In this document: positions 11,940 to 25,599 of the stretch, piece after piece
How the letters are laid out: each line of letters opens with the position of its first letter
Numbering within the stretch: the stretch's first letter is position 1
The notes under the pieces: model-generated
The model's input: only the letters and a program-made list of their open reading frames with translations
Databases searched by the model: none
What the model was told of the DNA's origin: nothing
NCBI RefSeq assembly: GCF_036321535.1
Contig: NC_087436.1
Location: 57,910,001-57,974,000, forward strand
Source: Camelus dromedarius
Taxonomy: Eukaryota
Length of the DNA stretch: 64,000 bases
Direction: 5' to 3'
Program-made: the position numbers and the translations under genes

Positions 11940-12426
11940 TGCATCATCTGGATTTCAGGCAGGATTCAGGTGGCAACAAATTTAACTGAAGAGAGTTAAC
12001 AAAGGAACTTTATACAGAGATATGGACAGGGCTAAAGAAACCAACAAGGGATGATAAAGCACCTAGAAAGCAGCAACAATGGGAAACTAGAACCATTCTA
12101 GGCCTGATAGGCAAGTAAGGAAAACCGTGTTCCTAGAGGAGAACAAGAATGAGCTGGGGAAGTGCCGCCTGACTGGATCTGCGGCCTTAGAGGACAGGCA
12201 CATGGCTACAAGCAAACTTGAGACATAAAGGAAGCAAGGGAATAATAAACACCCTGATCTCTCTCTTTTTCTACCCTCTGATCTGCCACTGCTCCCACTG
12301 GCCAATCTCAACCCAGAGCCAAGGGGCGATGAATCTCAGAGGAGGTGATCCACCAAGGGCAGGGCTGGCAGAAGAGATCAGAACATGGATTTAGGGGAGG
12401 AGGAGATCAAGCGAACTACTAGCACA
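11940..12426. mobile_element. Ancient solo LTR (ERVL/Gypsy-type, family uncertain)
   Basis: TG...CA termini and TSD GAAGT/AAAGT. The L2 rejoins in register across it. Confidence 0.65.
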
Positions 12427-13349
12427 AAAGTGCTATTAAATAAAGAAACACTATAAGGAGGTGGGGAGGGAGCTGAGTTACATTAGACACTATGGTGAAG
12501 GAAAACCTCTATGAGGAGGCAATAATGGAGCAGAGGCCTGAAAGAAGTGAGGAAGAAAGCCATGCAGATGTTCCAGGAAGAAGGACTGTCATGTGCAAAG
12601 GCCCTGAAGAAGGGATAGACTTCTGAGGAATAGAGAGGATGCCAGGATACTTGGAATAGAGTGAATAAGAGGAAGAAGGGGAGGAGGGGAGGTCAAGTTG
12701 GTGTCAGATCACGCAGAGAATGAAAGATTTTACTCTCAGTGTGATGCTAAACCTTTGGACTGTTTTGAGCAGGAGAAAAAAATGATAATACTTATATTTT
12801 TAAAAGATCACTCTAGGTTTAGAGAATTAACTACAGGGGGCAAGAGTGAGAGTAGGATTACCATTCAGGAGGCCACTGAAACCACCTGCAAAAAAGATCA
12901 TTGTGGGTTAGACTGAGGTGGTAACAGGGAATGTTATAAGCAGTTACAACACTCAGGACATATTTGATGATAGGAAAACACTGAACTTGTTGATGGACTG
13001 CAAGTGACAGCATGAGGGCAAGAGGAGCAACAAAGATGCTCTCTGGGTTGTGGCCTAAGCAACCGTCTGATTGCTGGTTGTGGTATGTTTATGTCTTTTG
13101 TCTTCCTCTGAAATCATTTTAATTGATGCTCAGTAGGGAGAGGAGTTCCAACAGCACTTAGGCAACCACTTGGGATGGAAATTTCAGATTTTTTTTTAAT
13201 ACACTAGAAATGAGGGTCCTTAGGATTTCCTTAGGAAATACTGTGAGAGTCAAAAGGCAGATCTAGCCAGTGGCACTCCAAGGTCTTGCTTCAGTTCCCT
13301 CATCACTGCAAGGATCTGTACATTTATCTGCTTACATTAGCAGTATTGT

Positions 13350-13570
13350 TCGGAATTAAACCTAAATCTACTACTTACTGTCTATGACTCCTTAGTTAAG
13401 TTACTACAAGCTTAATTCCTTTTGAATTTGAAATTCCTTGTCTATCAGTTAGGCATCATAATAGTTTTCTACCATATTAGGTTGTTATGATGATTAAATG
13501 AGATAATATGTACAAAGTACTTAGAACAGTGCCTGGCTCACTGTAAGCATGTAACAGAATTTAGTTTTTA
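13350..13570 (+). mobile_element. MIR SINE
   Basis: GATTAAATGAGATAATATGTACAAAGTACTTAGAACAGTGCCTGGC. Confidence 0.85.
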
Positions 13571-15239
13571 TATTTATTTCATGTGCTAGAGTTCTGCATA
13601 TGATTTTCTTTGAGATAAACAATTCACCAGTGGGTGCTTAAATATACTGGACACTTTTAGTCCAAAATCATCCAAGTGATTTTCAAAAGCCATAATACTT
13701 CCCACTCTCCCAGACTTTGAAGCAAAGCATGAACAAGCAAAGTGACATCTGCAGATTTTCATCTGTTTTTTTTATCTTCTATATTACAGTTTAAAAATGA
13801 AACTGTTATCGCTGACCTTTCTATAAAAGATATAGTTACTATGAAGAAAAAAAAATACTAGATTTAACTTACATCTACCCTGCCTTCAATTGCTGTGCTG
13901 TCCAGCAGTGTCTGTGAATTAAATATAAAATTGATTTATGCCTCAAAAAGTGTTATAAAGCCAGCAATTTAAAACTGAACAAAAGATTTGTTTCTTCACT
14001 ATTTGCCTCAACAGAATTTCCAGCTCAGATCTAGCACTTCCCAAGCCCTTGTTAAAGTGCTAAGTTTTACTAAACCCATCGTGTTTCTCCCTGATCTGTT
14101 TTATAGTGCCCCTCCCCCAATTCATTTTCATATGTCTAAAGGGCAAAACAGTTGACATATGTTTAAATAAAAGGGCCAGCAATCTTACACATAGTGGTAC
14201 TGAAATCAGTAACCAATATATTTGTTACTTTGGGCTACCGCCACAAACCCTCACAGACACTTAATAGAAATAAGAACATAAGAATCAAAAATGATGTAAT
14301 AAAGTTCTAGGCAGGTAGTGCTTACTAGTTAATAACATGAAGAAAACTTTTTCTTAAAATTTGTTACCCAAAATGACTCAGTGCACGCGCGAGCACGCAC
14401 ACGCACACAGGGGACTGACTCTGACTCCCTTTCTCTCTCTCCCCTTCTCTTTTCACTATAGAAGTTAAAATAAATTTCCATCCTGAAATTTCTAAAAGGA
14501 AAACAATGTCAATATCAAGTATACCAAATGATCCTCAGTACTAGAGGACCAGAGAATGCAAGATGAGGACTTAAACTGTCCACTGACCATGGCAAGCCTG
14601 AGGCAGCCTGGGCAGTGGGGAGTGGAGCCAGACTGCAGTGAGTTGAAAATTGAAAGGGAAGTGACAGGGAGGAAGGACAGTGAGCAAGGAGGGAGCTCTG
14701 ATAGAAGCTTTGGATGGACAGAGTTTTTAGGAAGGGTTATATTTTTTCAATAGAAGATAGCTTTTGTTAAATGACTTCAGAATAGAAAATTTAGTATTTT
14801 AAAAAACAAACATTTATTTAAAAGTAAAATTATGGTCTTTTATACACTTTAAGGGTAAAAGACTGATATGGCAGTTACTTGTAAAAAAATTAATAAATCA
14901 CTACAAATAGCTGGACATTTAAATTGTTGGCAGTTGCTAAAACTACCAGTTAGTTGTTGGTTAAAAAAATCCTTTTTTATTATAAAGCATCAAGGACAAT
15001 TTTAAATGGATAACATGATAAAACTTTAAGAGAAAAATAATTTGACCATCTAGTTTTAATTTGGCAGATTCTATGTACCTGTTGGTTGGTGATGAAATAT
15101 GCTCTAGAATTAATTTTTCCCTGAGGTTATTTATATGCTGAAACTACAGTACTCAATGAATGATTTTCTATTAATATTTAATTTAGATTCTTATTTCTGA
15201 AGGACTGTGAAAACCTAATATGACAAAATGAGGAACACC

Positions 15240-15440
15240 TTTGCTCTAGAACCAGATAAACTTTGGTTTAGATCTTGACATCTTTACTCTGTGACCTTCA
15301 GCAATGACTCTAAGCCTCAATGTCTTCATCCACAGAATGTTTCTCAGAGGTGGTTGTGAGGATTGAAGGATTAATCTACCACACTGAAAAGGACTAAAAG
15401 CAGCCTCCAGGGCCATGTTAGGCTATCAGTAAGTATTTGT
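15240..15440 (+). mobile_element. MIR SINE remnant
   Basis: CTGTGACCTT...TCTAAGCCTCAATGTCTTCATC...GGTTGTGAGGATT. Confidence 0.65.
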
Positions 15441-16764
15441 TATTTTTGTGTTGTCATTGTTTAGTCAATTTACACACAAATGAGATATTTCAAATTCAGA
15501 GACCCCATAAACTTAGAGGCAAAATTACAATGGGATGGAGAATTCTGGATTTGATTGCGCTTCTGCCAAGAGTCTACAAACAATAAAAAGGGACTGTAAT
15601 AGTTAAAACATGTACCACTGTCCCTCAATTACCAAAAACAATACTCAGAAAAACTCAATTTTTCTATGAAATGTTACTGTCAAAATATCAGTGATTTTGT
15701 TAGATACGTTATGGTTACACCCTAAATGTACTAGAAGCTTTAACAGACTCGCTGCCCTAATTCTGCCTCTAGAAGTCTATATTGATAGGACACATACCAT
15801 TCCTCCATGCTACTATCAGAAATATAAAATGGAAGATTTTAAATTCATGTTTAATTTTTATTTGATGAGACTCTGTTTACAAGTCAGAATAAACTAGCAT
15901 TCCTGAAAAATTTAAAGGGGTTTAATTCTTTTAATTTATGCTCTTGGATATTGTTTTACTTTAGGCTTAGCAACATAAGAGGAGGCAAACAAAATGAGAT
16001 TAGTGAGGAAAAACGTCTTATCACTATCAATTCTTAATTATCTAATTTGCAGCTTATTTGGAAAATATTTCTTTCAAGTTAACTGACAGTGTTTAGATTT
16101 TTCTCTTTAATTAAGGTCGTGGTTATCAATTTCCCATATTGGCAGCACATATTCTACTTAAAATACTCATTTGCTTATTAATTGTTAATTATTTAATAAT
16201 TAATTACAGCTTACTTCTACGCAACTCATTATTATGGCTGCTATTAATTCTTACTTTTCAGGTACCTAGGAAAACATCTGAAAGTCAAAGCTGTAATTCA
16301 AGATTTCTGAGGACCGTCTGAGAAAGAGGAACATTCCTAATGCAGATGCTGAGTGTCAGCCTAAAAAGCTTTTTGTTCTTTGCAGGATTAGAGGAGGGGC
16401 TGGGGCAGCTTCCCACCTCCTAAAGAAGACTTTACAAAATGGCAATGCTTCAGTTAAATTGTTACATTGATAACATATTTCCAAAAACATATAAAAAGTG
16501 ACTTCAAAAGCAAATAAAAATGATTAGTGACAGTCACAGTTTCGAGTTATCTATTCTATTTTCTTTGAGCCTAAAACAATTTAGATTTTAATTTCATGAA
16601 GTTTTATGTATAAAAATTGAGCTTTAAGGAGTAAAAACGTTTTCCCCTATAACATAAACCCCTTGATCAAACTTTTTGGTGCTGAGTGTATGTCTTTGAA
16701 AAAAAAAAAAAAGTCTGCAAGACTTTTAAAATATAGCTCAATATAGTTTTAAAAAATCTAGTAA

Positions 16765-17835
16765 GGCCCACATGAAAAGATGTTCAGTATCACTAGCCAT
16801 TAGGGAAACGTAAATTTAAACCACAATAAGATACCACTCTACAGCTATCAGAATGTCTAAATAAGACTTATGTCACACAAAAACCTGTACATGAATGTTT
16901 ATAGCAGTTTTATTCTCAATAGCCCCAAACTAGAAGCAATCAGAGGTCCTGGATTAACTAAACTGATACATCCATACCGTGTGTATTAGCCAGCTTGGGC
17001 TGCTGTGACAAAATACTATAGACTGGGTGCCTTATAAACAACAGAAATTATTTTCTCTCAATTCTGGAGGCTGAGATCAGGGTGGGAACATGGCTAGGTT
17101 CTGGGAAGAGCTCTTCCTGGCTGATTTCTCACTATATCCTCTCATGGCAGAGAGAAAAATGAGAGATCACTCTGTCCCTTCCCCTTCTTATAAGGCCACA
17201 GACCTACTGAATTAGAGCCTGATCCTTACAACCTAATTTAACCTTAACTGTCTCAGAAAGACCATATTTCCAGATACAGTCACTTTGGTGAGCTTCAACA
17301 TAGGAATTTTGTGGAGGACAATTCAGTCCATAGCACCATGGATTCTACTCGGCCACAGAACAACTTGGATGGATCTTCAGAGAATTATGCTGAATACAGA
17401 AAAAGCCAATCTCAAAAGATCACATACTGTATGATTCCATTTATATATTATTATTGAGGTGATAAAATTACAGAGATGGAGAACATTAGTGGTTTCCAGG
17501 AGTTAGGGTAGTGTGAGGGAGGGTGATAATAGAGTGGCACAAAGTATCCTTCTGATGGAACTGTTCTCTCTCCTTGGTGGTCATATGAATCTATGCATGT
17601 AATAAATGCACTGATTAAATAAATATACAAAGACGCACACACAATTAGTGTATGTAAAACTGGTGAAATCTGAATAAGGTTGATAGATTGTATCAATGTC
17701 ATTTTTTTAGTTGTATATTTTACTATAGTTATGCAAGATGTCACTACTGGGGGAAACAGGGTGAAGGGTATACTAGATTACTCTGAATTATTTCTTACAA
17801 CTACATGTGAATATACAATTACTTCAACATAAAAT
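16765..17835 (+). mobile_element. Old L1 (L1MB/MC-like) 3' end, interrupted by MLT1
   Basis: CACATGAAAAGATGTTCAG, AAAACCTGTACATGAATGTTTATAGCAG, CATACTGTATGATTCCATTTATA and TTATGCAAGATGTCACTACTGGGGGAAAC. Confidence 0.85.
16982..17335 (-). mobile_element. MaLR solo LTR (MLT1A-like)
   Basis: TGTATTAG...GGCTGCTGTGACAAAATACTATAGACTGGGTG...CAATTCAGTCCATAGCA. 5-bp TSD CCGTG/CCATG. Confidence 0.9.
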
Positions 17836-19589
17836 TTTTATTCAGAAGTTCTAGAGTAAGTTGAATAAGGCCAATTTTATATAAGTGAATGTACGATGAT
17901 AGGTTGGTTGTGGTTTTTTATGTAAGATACTAACATGTTGCTCTATATTTTATCATCCGTTCTAAACTTCTCAGTTTAAAGGCTGTAGTAAGCTTGGGGT
18001 CTGCCTTTCTTAATTGCCATTTTTTTGTCTTCCTTCTTTCCTTCCTTCCTTTTTTCCTGGGTTGGAGGGAAGGAGGTAAATATAGATAAAATGAGCTGGG
18101 AAATTAAATTTCAACTCTTAAGAAAGAAGATAAAGACTCCCCAGCTTTTAATATACTACTATTGTCCCCAAAATGCTCTATAACAAGTCCTCAGTTCCAA
18201 ACACACAGTATGTGCTTAAAAATAAGAGAAGAGGCTTTTTTTTTTCACTGTAATATAAATCGACAAGCTTCTCTTGAATCTGACCTTGAAATCTGGAAAA
18301 AGGAAATCCACAGGATTAATTTAATAAGTAGTTTCCTAAAGACATCAAGAAAATCAATGGTTCTAACCAGCATATCCATATGTTTATAAGAAAATTATGC
18401 CTTAATTTTTAGGGCAATACAGTTTTCCTTCTATCTTTTTGACAGAGCCATTGATATAAAATATGTTCTTAAGAATAGAAAAATAATACTTTCTGCATGA
18501 AATATGCCTCATTTATAATTAGTGATCTTTCTTACAAGAAATTTGGCAGAGCAGTAGTAAATCACTGAACTGAAAAAAATGAGCATAAAGTAATGTATTT
18601 TTTAAGATATAATTCAAATATTCAATCTAATTTTCCCTAAACTTTATTTCCCCTAAACTTTAGCCATCTGAATTAATTCTTCAGGGACTCATTTGGTCCT
18701 GCTGCAATTAAAGTTTCCTTTTATCTTACCTTAGTTTCTTGTAAGTGTCAGTCTGCTTTCTGCAGTATAGCTACAAACCTTCTTTAAAATTTATTTTGGG
18801 ATTAATCCATTCACAAGCCTATGAGTTCATTTATGTTTTTTATTAGATATATTTTTCCAGAAGTAACTCATTACTTTCATCAGAGATGTCTCCTATGGTA
18901 AATGTTCCCAGCCTCACCCTATCAGTATCAATGGGAAGAGAGCACCAGATATTAAATGGGCCCTGTGAATACCACAAAGTTTAAAAGCATGGTAGCTGCA
19001 AGTTAAACTTCAGGAGAATTTAAGTTGAAAAGCTCTTATGGTATATGTTTTTTGAATTTCTAAACTGAAGAGAAAAGCTACTGACCTGAGGTCATGAAGA
19101 GATATCTCAGCTCACTTTGGCCCAAATGTGTATTAATAGTGTCACTAAGTAGCCAGACAATGCATATGACCTTAAATACTCTGCTGGGAGGTAAATCACC
19201 AAGACATAATTAAATGAGAATCTAGTAATTTTCCAATTACAATTCAATTTCAGAACTATGTAAATGAGATAACACAGAATTCTTTCCTAACACACCTCAG
19301 GTCATGCGAAACTATGGCTATGTGACCACTGAAAGCTATGAGCCAGATTGTGCAGCACATAATTTCAATTCCCTTTCTACTACTATTAGTTATATAACCC
19401 TGAGCAAGTCACCGGGTGGTACTGAGCACTGCTTCTTTTATTTTGGAATTAGGTGACAATATATGACTGTATGAAACATATTAATTATTTTCTTCTGCCC
19501 TGACACCCCATCATTGTAAACCTGCTCTTACCTAAGCCTCCCTTCAGATAGGCCTTGATTGATCTGATCTGAGGTGAAAAGTATAATCT

Positions 19590-20560
19590 TTCAACAAATA
19601 TTTATTTACCAGGCAGTGTTTTAGAACACAACTGGCAAAAAAAAAAAAAAAAAAAAAATGTGTTCACAGAGCTTACATTCTAGTGAGATGTTCAGAAGAT
19701 AGATAAAATTAACACATAGAAAAATATATACAATATCCACATGAAGATAAGTGCTATGGAGAAATTTTAATCACAGAGCAAGCTTAGAAAATTTGGCAGA
19801 GAAACCGTAATTATAAATGTAGTGGTCGGGAAAGTCCTCCCTGAGAAGATGACATTTAAGCAAAGACTTGGAGGAAACAAGAGAGTGAGGCACACAGATG
19901 AATCCAGGAAGAACATGTAAGTCAGCAGGAAGAACCACACAGTTGAGAATGTACCCAACATTCTCTCGTGTGAAAAACAGCTCAAAGTTAGTGTCGCTGG
20001 AGCCAAGTAAACAAGATAAAAGAGTAAATCTTTTATGATCAGAGTGTAATGGCTGGGGTACAGATAATACAGAACGTTGCAGAATGTTGTAAATAAATTT
20101 TGATTTTAATAGAAGTTAGATAGGAAACCTGACTAGAGAAATGAAATGATCTAACTTAACTTTTTAAAAGATGATTCTACTTTCTGTACTGAGAAAAGAC
20201 TATAGGGAGCATGGGCAAATGCAGAGATGAATAATCCAGGCAAGAAAACATGGTGGTTTGACTTGGATGATAGTGACTGAAGGACTGATCAGTCATCACA
20301 TTCTAGATGGTATTGGGAAGTAAAGCTAAGTGGATTTGTTATTGGACTGGATATGGGCATACATGAAGGAGACTGTCGGAGATGGCCATCAAAAAGACAT
20401 ATCAAGAACAGAGATGAATCAAACATGACCCCAAGGAAAATCAGACACTTGATTTTTGGACATTTTACATTTTAAAGCCTATTAGACATCAAAGTGGAGG
20501 TATGCAATGGTCAATTAAATATCTAAGACTAATTTCAGAGGAGCAATGCAAGCTGAAAAT
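19590..20560 (-). mobile_element. L2 fragment
   Basis: TTCAACAAATATTTATT, AGAGCTTACATTCTAGTG, AAGTGCTATGGAGAAA and GCCTATTAGACATCAAAGTGGAG. Confidence 0.8.
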
Positions 20561-22924
20561 AATTGCCAAAAGCTGAGCCAATCAGACTCTTCTGGGCACT
20601 GGATTTATGACACAGACACAGGTCCTAGTTGACACCAGAGTTTGACATAGAGATTTTGGGTCACAATCAGTGCCACCAAAACAAAACACTAAAATAAAAT
20701 TGGTATTATGGTGAAGCAGGAATGAAGTGTCTTTTAGGGAAAACAACTTATGTACCAACAGAAAAAAGAATGAAACAGATACAGAGGTATGATGTGAACC
20801 CAAACCCAGAGGAACACCGGATGACCAGTGATTTCACTGACATTCTTGCAACTGGATTCCATGATTCATGATAATAAATAAGTAGGTTATGTGAGGCTTT
20901 CTTTCCTTTAAGTCAAATTATTGCAGATAAACATACAAGGTTCCCATCTAGGATTAAACTAGATAATACATGTTAAAAACTCTAAACTTTTAAAAACCAT
21001 GAATTTGTACGGTATAATATTTAAAGGTAGTTGAAAAGTGCCAAGAAGTAAAACTGGCTTCCATACATATGATACTCCATTACATATAATATTTAAAATA
21101 ACGTAATAGAAATTTACTGTTTTCCTTTTCAAGTTAAATCTATGTTACAGTACAGATTTAAACACATTTAAATATGGTGAGATATTATGCATTTACAAAA
21201 ACCATTCAAAATCATTTGAGTCCTTCCATGAGAAGTGTTACAGATAGCTCAGGAACAGACTGGATTGGATTTTTTTCCTTGATCCCTGTGATTATACTTA
21301 GCTGAAATTTTTGCCTGTAGATGTAGAGTAACAAAATCCATTTTTCCTTTGAAAATGTATGAGAAGCTCAAGCTACAATAAACTATTAGGCACAAGCAGG
21401 CACACTCAGCTTTTAGCATATAAAAGGTTTTATCAACCTAAATCTTGTAATGTATTGACTACACATCCAACCACTGAAAAGTAACTCTTCTCTGCTTCTG
21501 TGATATACCAGATGCTTTAAAAGATGCTTGCTCTTTAATATATAAATAATTGTTATATATATACACTGATAAATACAAGTTTTATATATATATACATTTA
21601 TATACATACACTGATAAAATGCTTTTGTGGCATAAATTATTGAAAAATTATATTAGTTACTTAAAAGTCTATTGAAAAATTTTATCACTTGAAATAACAT
21701 TACATTTTTAGAGTGCTATTGTCTATAATATTCCTAAATTTAGCATTTGCCTATATCTGATTCTTTCTGAGAAAATATAAAGTAATTAATATTGAAAATA
21801 CTGAAGTGAATTTGTTATTTAAACAAGAAAATGAGGAAGTCACTTGACACTAAAAGTCTTGGTAAGACTGTGAATATCATATTTATGAGTCCATTTGTCC
21901 AATTCTTAAGTTGTATATAGTTATCTTTACATGCATTTCAGAGGAATATAGGTATTAGAAACATTTTTCAAAATAATTGACATATTTCAACTGGGGGTGA
22001 AATTATAATAAAGACATATATTTCTGGTTAGTGGCTCAGAAAGCAGACAATAAATCTTTTCTACATTTTTTACAGACTTAGTAAATTTTAGGACTCTGTG
22101 TGTGTGTCTGTGTGTATTTTTCCTTGTAATGAAGAAAGCCACTTGAGAAAACCATATAACCTGAAAAGAATGAATACATGTTCTTTGTATTGATTGGGTA
22201 TTTTGCAGAAAATAGTACTTGCGGCCACTGAATGGTCTGACCGTCATCTGCAGGAGTATTTAAGCGATACTATGTTTTTGTTCTTGGAAAAGTGACCTAG
22301 AACTAAAAAGATAAATGAAATAATATGGGCTTTTTATTTTCATAATTGTTACCCTCCAGAGTCCTTTTACTCAGAGCCAAATGAAAGCAGCTTTCACAGG
22401 GTACAACAGACCACATTTCATACCATAAAATGTGTTGATTTAAGAAATAGCCCTGGTGATCATACTTGTAAGAGCATTTACATAAAATCTGACTTCTTAA
22501 AAGATGAGTATATCAAGTCATATATTTCTCTCCTTCTTTCCCACTTTCTCTGTAAGATCCTAAGTTTAAGCTGAAGAATCTATTTTTCTTTGCAAATAGC
22601 AAAGAACTAGCAAAATAGAGTCACTCTAATTGCCATTTTTTAGATTAATTTTTAAAAGAGATGTTTGTAATGTATTATTGTGTAAATAAATTAACTTCTG
22701 AATTCCATGACTCATCAGCAATAGCACATCCTGCGGGTAGTGATCACTTTTTTGCCTCTCTATTTGTCTGTTCACTCTCTTGGCTGGCTAATTACACACA
22801 CATACGTTCATGGGATGGTTTCTTGAAGTAAGGCATGGCTAATAATAATAAAATTGACTGAAGAAAACGGTTCTTATGAAACTTAATTTAATCCCAAACT
22901 TCTGAATGATGCTTTTCAGAATGG

Positions 22925-23390
22925 TGAATTTCAAATATTGACAAAAGTTACCTGAATATTAACTAAGTATCCATGTATTTCTCATGCAGCTTCACCAAAT
23001 ATCTACTCATGGCTATCTCGACTATGTGAATATAACTCCTGCACTCACCACCATGAAATACTTCGAAACAAATCCCAGATATCATCATGTTTCATCCATA
23101 AATTTTTCAGAAGTCATTTCCAAAATATAATTATGTTTTAAAACATAATCCTGATATCAAAATCATACCTATAGTTAATAATTCCTTCAATCATCAAATT
23201 TTCAGATAACTCATAACTCACATAAATTAACTTTTCCAGCTCATCTGTTTGAATCAGTATTCGAATAATGTGTGTGCTTTGTTATGTGTTAGATTTTTAA
23301 AACTCTGTTTTAATCTATAGGCTTTTCCTCTGTCTCTCTTGTTTATTCCCTTCACTTCCATTTCTACTGTTGGTGGTGGTATTGTTGTAG
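22925..23390 (-). mobile_element. Old L1 (L1MC/ME-like) 3' fragment
   Basis: AAACAAATCCCAGATATCATCATGTTTCATCCATAAA and TTAATAATTCCTTCAATCATCAAAT. Confidence 0.6.
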
Positions 23391-23429
23391 AAAAACCTGG
23401 ATCTATTTTCAAAAGAGGAGCCTACATTA

Positions 23430-23735
23430 CAGTGAACACATTCAGAGAAGAGCACTCAGGATGGAAAATGGACTTTAAACAATGTCATGAAGAATGACAG
23501 ACAAACTTGAAAAAACAAAACCCAAGAGACCAGCAGACACAGATGGATTTGATGGCTGTCTTAAAACACCCTACATAAAAACAAAAAGTAGCATCAAGGA
23601 GTGGGCTGAAGGATGGAATCTGTTTGGAGACAGATTTATATCAATATAAGTGTTTAACAATTATAGCAATCAAAAGAGGAATCAGTTGATTCTAAAGTAT
23701 GAATCTTTGTCATTGAAACAATTCAAGTATATCAT
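23430..23735 (+). mobile_element. CR1/L3 LINE remnant
   Basis: TTCAGAGAAGAGCACTCAGGATGG, GATGGCTGTCTTAAAA, AGACAGATTTATATCAATATAAG and GTCATTGAAACAATTCAAG. Confidence 0.55.
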
Positions 23736-24641
23736 AGAATTTCATTTAAAGTAATGAAAAACAGTAATTGCTGGCTGTGTCTCAGAAAAAGTTAGACTTC
23801 AGGCAAACTTTACATCCCCTTCTTAATGTTATTTTCGCTTCTTGCTCTAATTTTATTGTGCCTCTTATGAAATGCATCCATGATTTATGCCCCTACCACG
23901 CACACACATACACACACTTTGCTCATATTATTCGCAGTGGTGAATAGATGTTGTCAAAGCTCTGCCCCTCTCTCAATTTATCTGAATTCCAAATTCAAGT
24001 CTCGTAAAAGAGCATCTGTTTAGTGGAATCCAACTTATCTAACACTCTATTAGCTAATACACTGAATTGGACTGCCAAATCAGACCCACATGAATCAGAG
24101 ACAGTACTCAGTAGTAAACTGGTAATAATTTTAAGGATACAGGCAATGAAATGCCTCAGACCAAGCAGGGCAAGAACTGAACACCAAGAGCGGCTCCCCG
24201 CGTCAGACAAGCGCCTCTGGCCAGAACAGATAAGGTAAGAAAGATGAGTAAAGGCCTGCAGGGATCCACATCCTGCAGTGAATGTTTAAGTTCTGAAACT
24301 TTTCTTCTTTTTATATCCCAGAAAGTTCTATTCTTTGCAGATTGCCAGGCCATACAGATGCAGTTAGAGGTAGAGGATCCATAGCCAGGACATCATGCTG
24401 AGAGCATTTCAGAGGGAAGGATTTTTCCTGTTGTTCCCAGCACATACCCTTACCTGGAGGCAGAGTTGGCAGGAAACACCTGGTTACTTGCCTTTTCTTT
24501 CCCCAAGATGTGTTCTAGTGAAGGGAGTGAAAGGATAGCAAACCAGGTGCTTTAACTCCTTCCTCCCACCGTAGCTTAGGAGTCTGGGGGTATGGTGTAT
24601 TGTTAGCCTTCCAGAGTCTGCAGCATAAGAAACACAGTAGA

Positions 24642-25525
24642 TTGAGCATCTTTTCTTGTGTCTGCATCATGAATCATCAGAGAAATGCAAATCAATACTG
24701 CAATGAGATACCACCTCACACCTATCAGAACAGCTATCATCAAAGAGATCACAAATAACAAATGTTGGCAAGGATGTGGAGAAAAAGGAACCCTTGTATG
24801 TTGTTGGTGGGAATGTAAATTGGTGTAGCTACTATGGAAAACAGTAGAGGTTCCTCAAAAGACTAAAAATAGAACTGTGTATATTTCTGAAGAAAGCAAA
24901 AACATTAGTTTGAAAATATATATGCAACCCAATGTTCATGGCAGCATTACTTACAACAGCCAAGATATGAAAGCAACCTAAGTGTCCATCAACAGATAAA
25001 AGGATAAAGAAGATGTGGTGTGTATGTATGTGTGTAATACAAAGTAGAAAGCTACTTAGCCATAAAAAAGAATGAAATTTCACCATCTTCAATAACATGG
25101 ATAGACTGGGAAAGTATTATGCTTAGTGAGATAAGTCAGAGAAAGACAAATACTATATGATATCATTTATACTCAGAATCTCAAAAATAAAGCAAAAGAA
25201 TACGTATAATAAAGCAGAACAGACTCACAGATATAGAGAACAAGTTAGTAGTTACCACTGGGGAGAAGGAAGGGAGAAGATACTGAATAGGGGTAAGGGA
25301 TTAAGAGTTACAAACTATTATGTATAAAACAAATAAGCCAAAAGGATATATTATACAGCACAGGGAATATAGCTAATATTTTATGATAACTATAAATGGA
25401 ACATAACCTTTAAAAATTGTGAATCAATATGTTTCAGACATTGTACATCTGAAATTAATACAATATTATAAATCAACTATACCTTAATAAAAACTGAGTA
25501 AGTAAAAAACAAAAAGTTTAAAAAA
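24642..25525 (+). mobile_element. L1 3' end (L1MA-like) with a 23-bp 5' inversion
   Basis: CAGAGAAATGCAAATC...GAGATACCACCTCACACC...CAACCTAAGTGTCCATCAACAG...ATCAACTATACCTTAATAAAA and an A-rich tail. Bases 24642-24664 are inverted. Confidence 0.9.
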
Positions 25526-25599
25526 GAAGCAACAGATTGGCATTAAAATGTTTAGCTAACAAATCCCACTCCACTATAATTTTTCTGTCTATCTTTATT

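Larger units (their letters stand above)
11195..13070 (-). mobile_element. L2 (L2a-like) fragment interrupted by two LTRs
   Basis: TACTGTTCTAGGCACTG, AGCTTACATTCTGGTGG, TGCAAAGGCCCTGA and TTTTAAAAGATCACTCT are collinear across the insertions. Confidence 0.75.

Noticed and set aside
22160..22305. Acceptor-like tracts on both strands around a CpG-containing patch
   Set aside because: No consistent donor/acceptor pair with an open, recognisable frame.
24142..24240. Plus-strand exon candidate ending AAG|GTAAGA
   Set aside because: No polypyrimidine tract at the putative acceptor and the peptide is unrecognised. A single donor motif is expected by chance.
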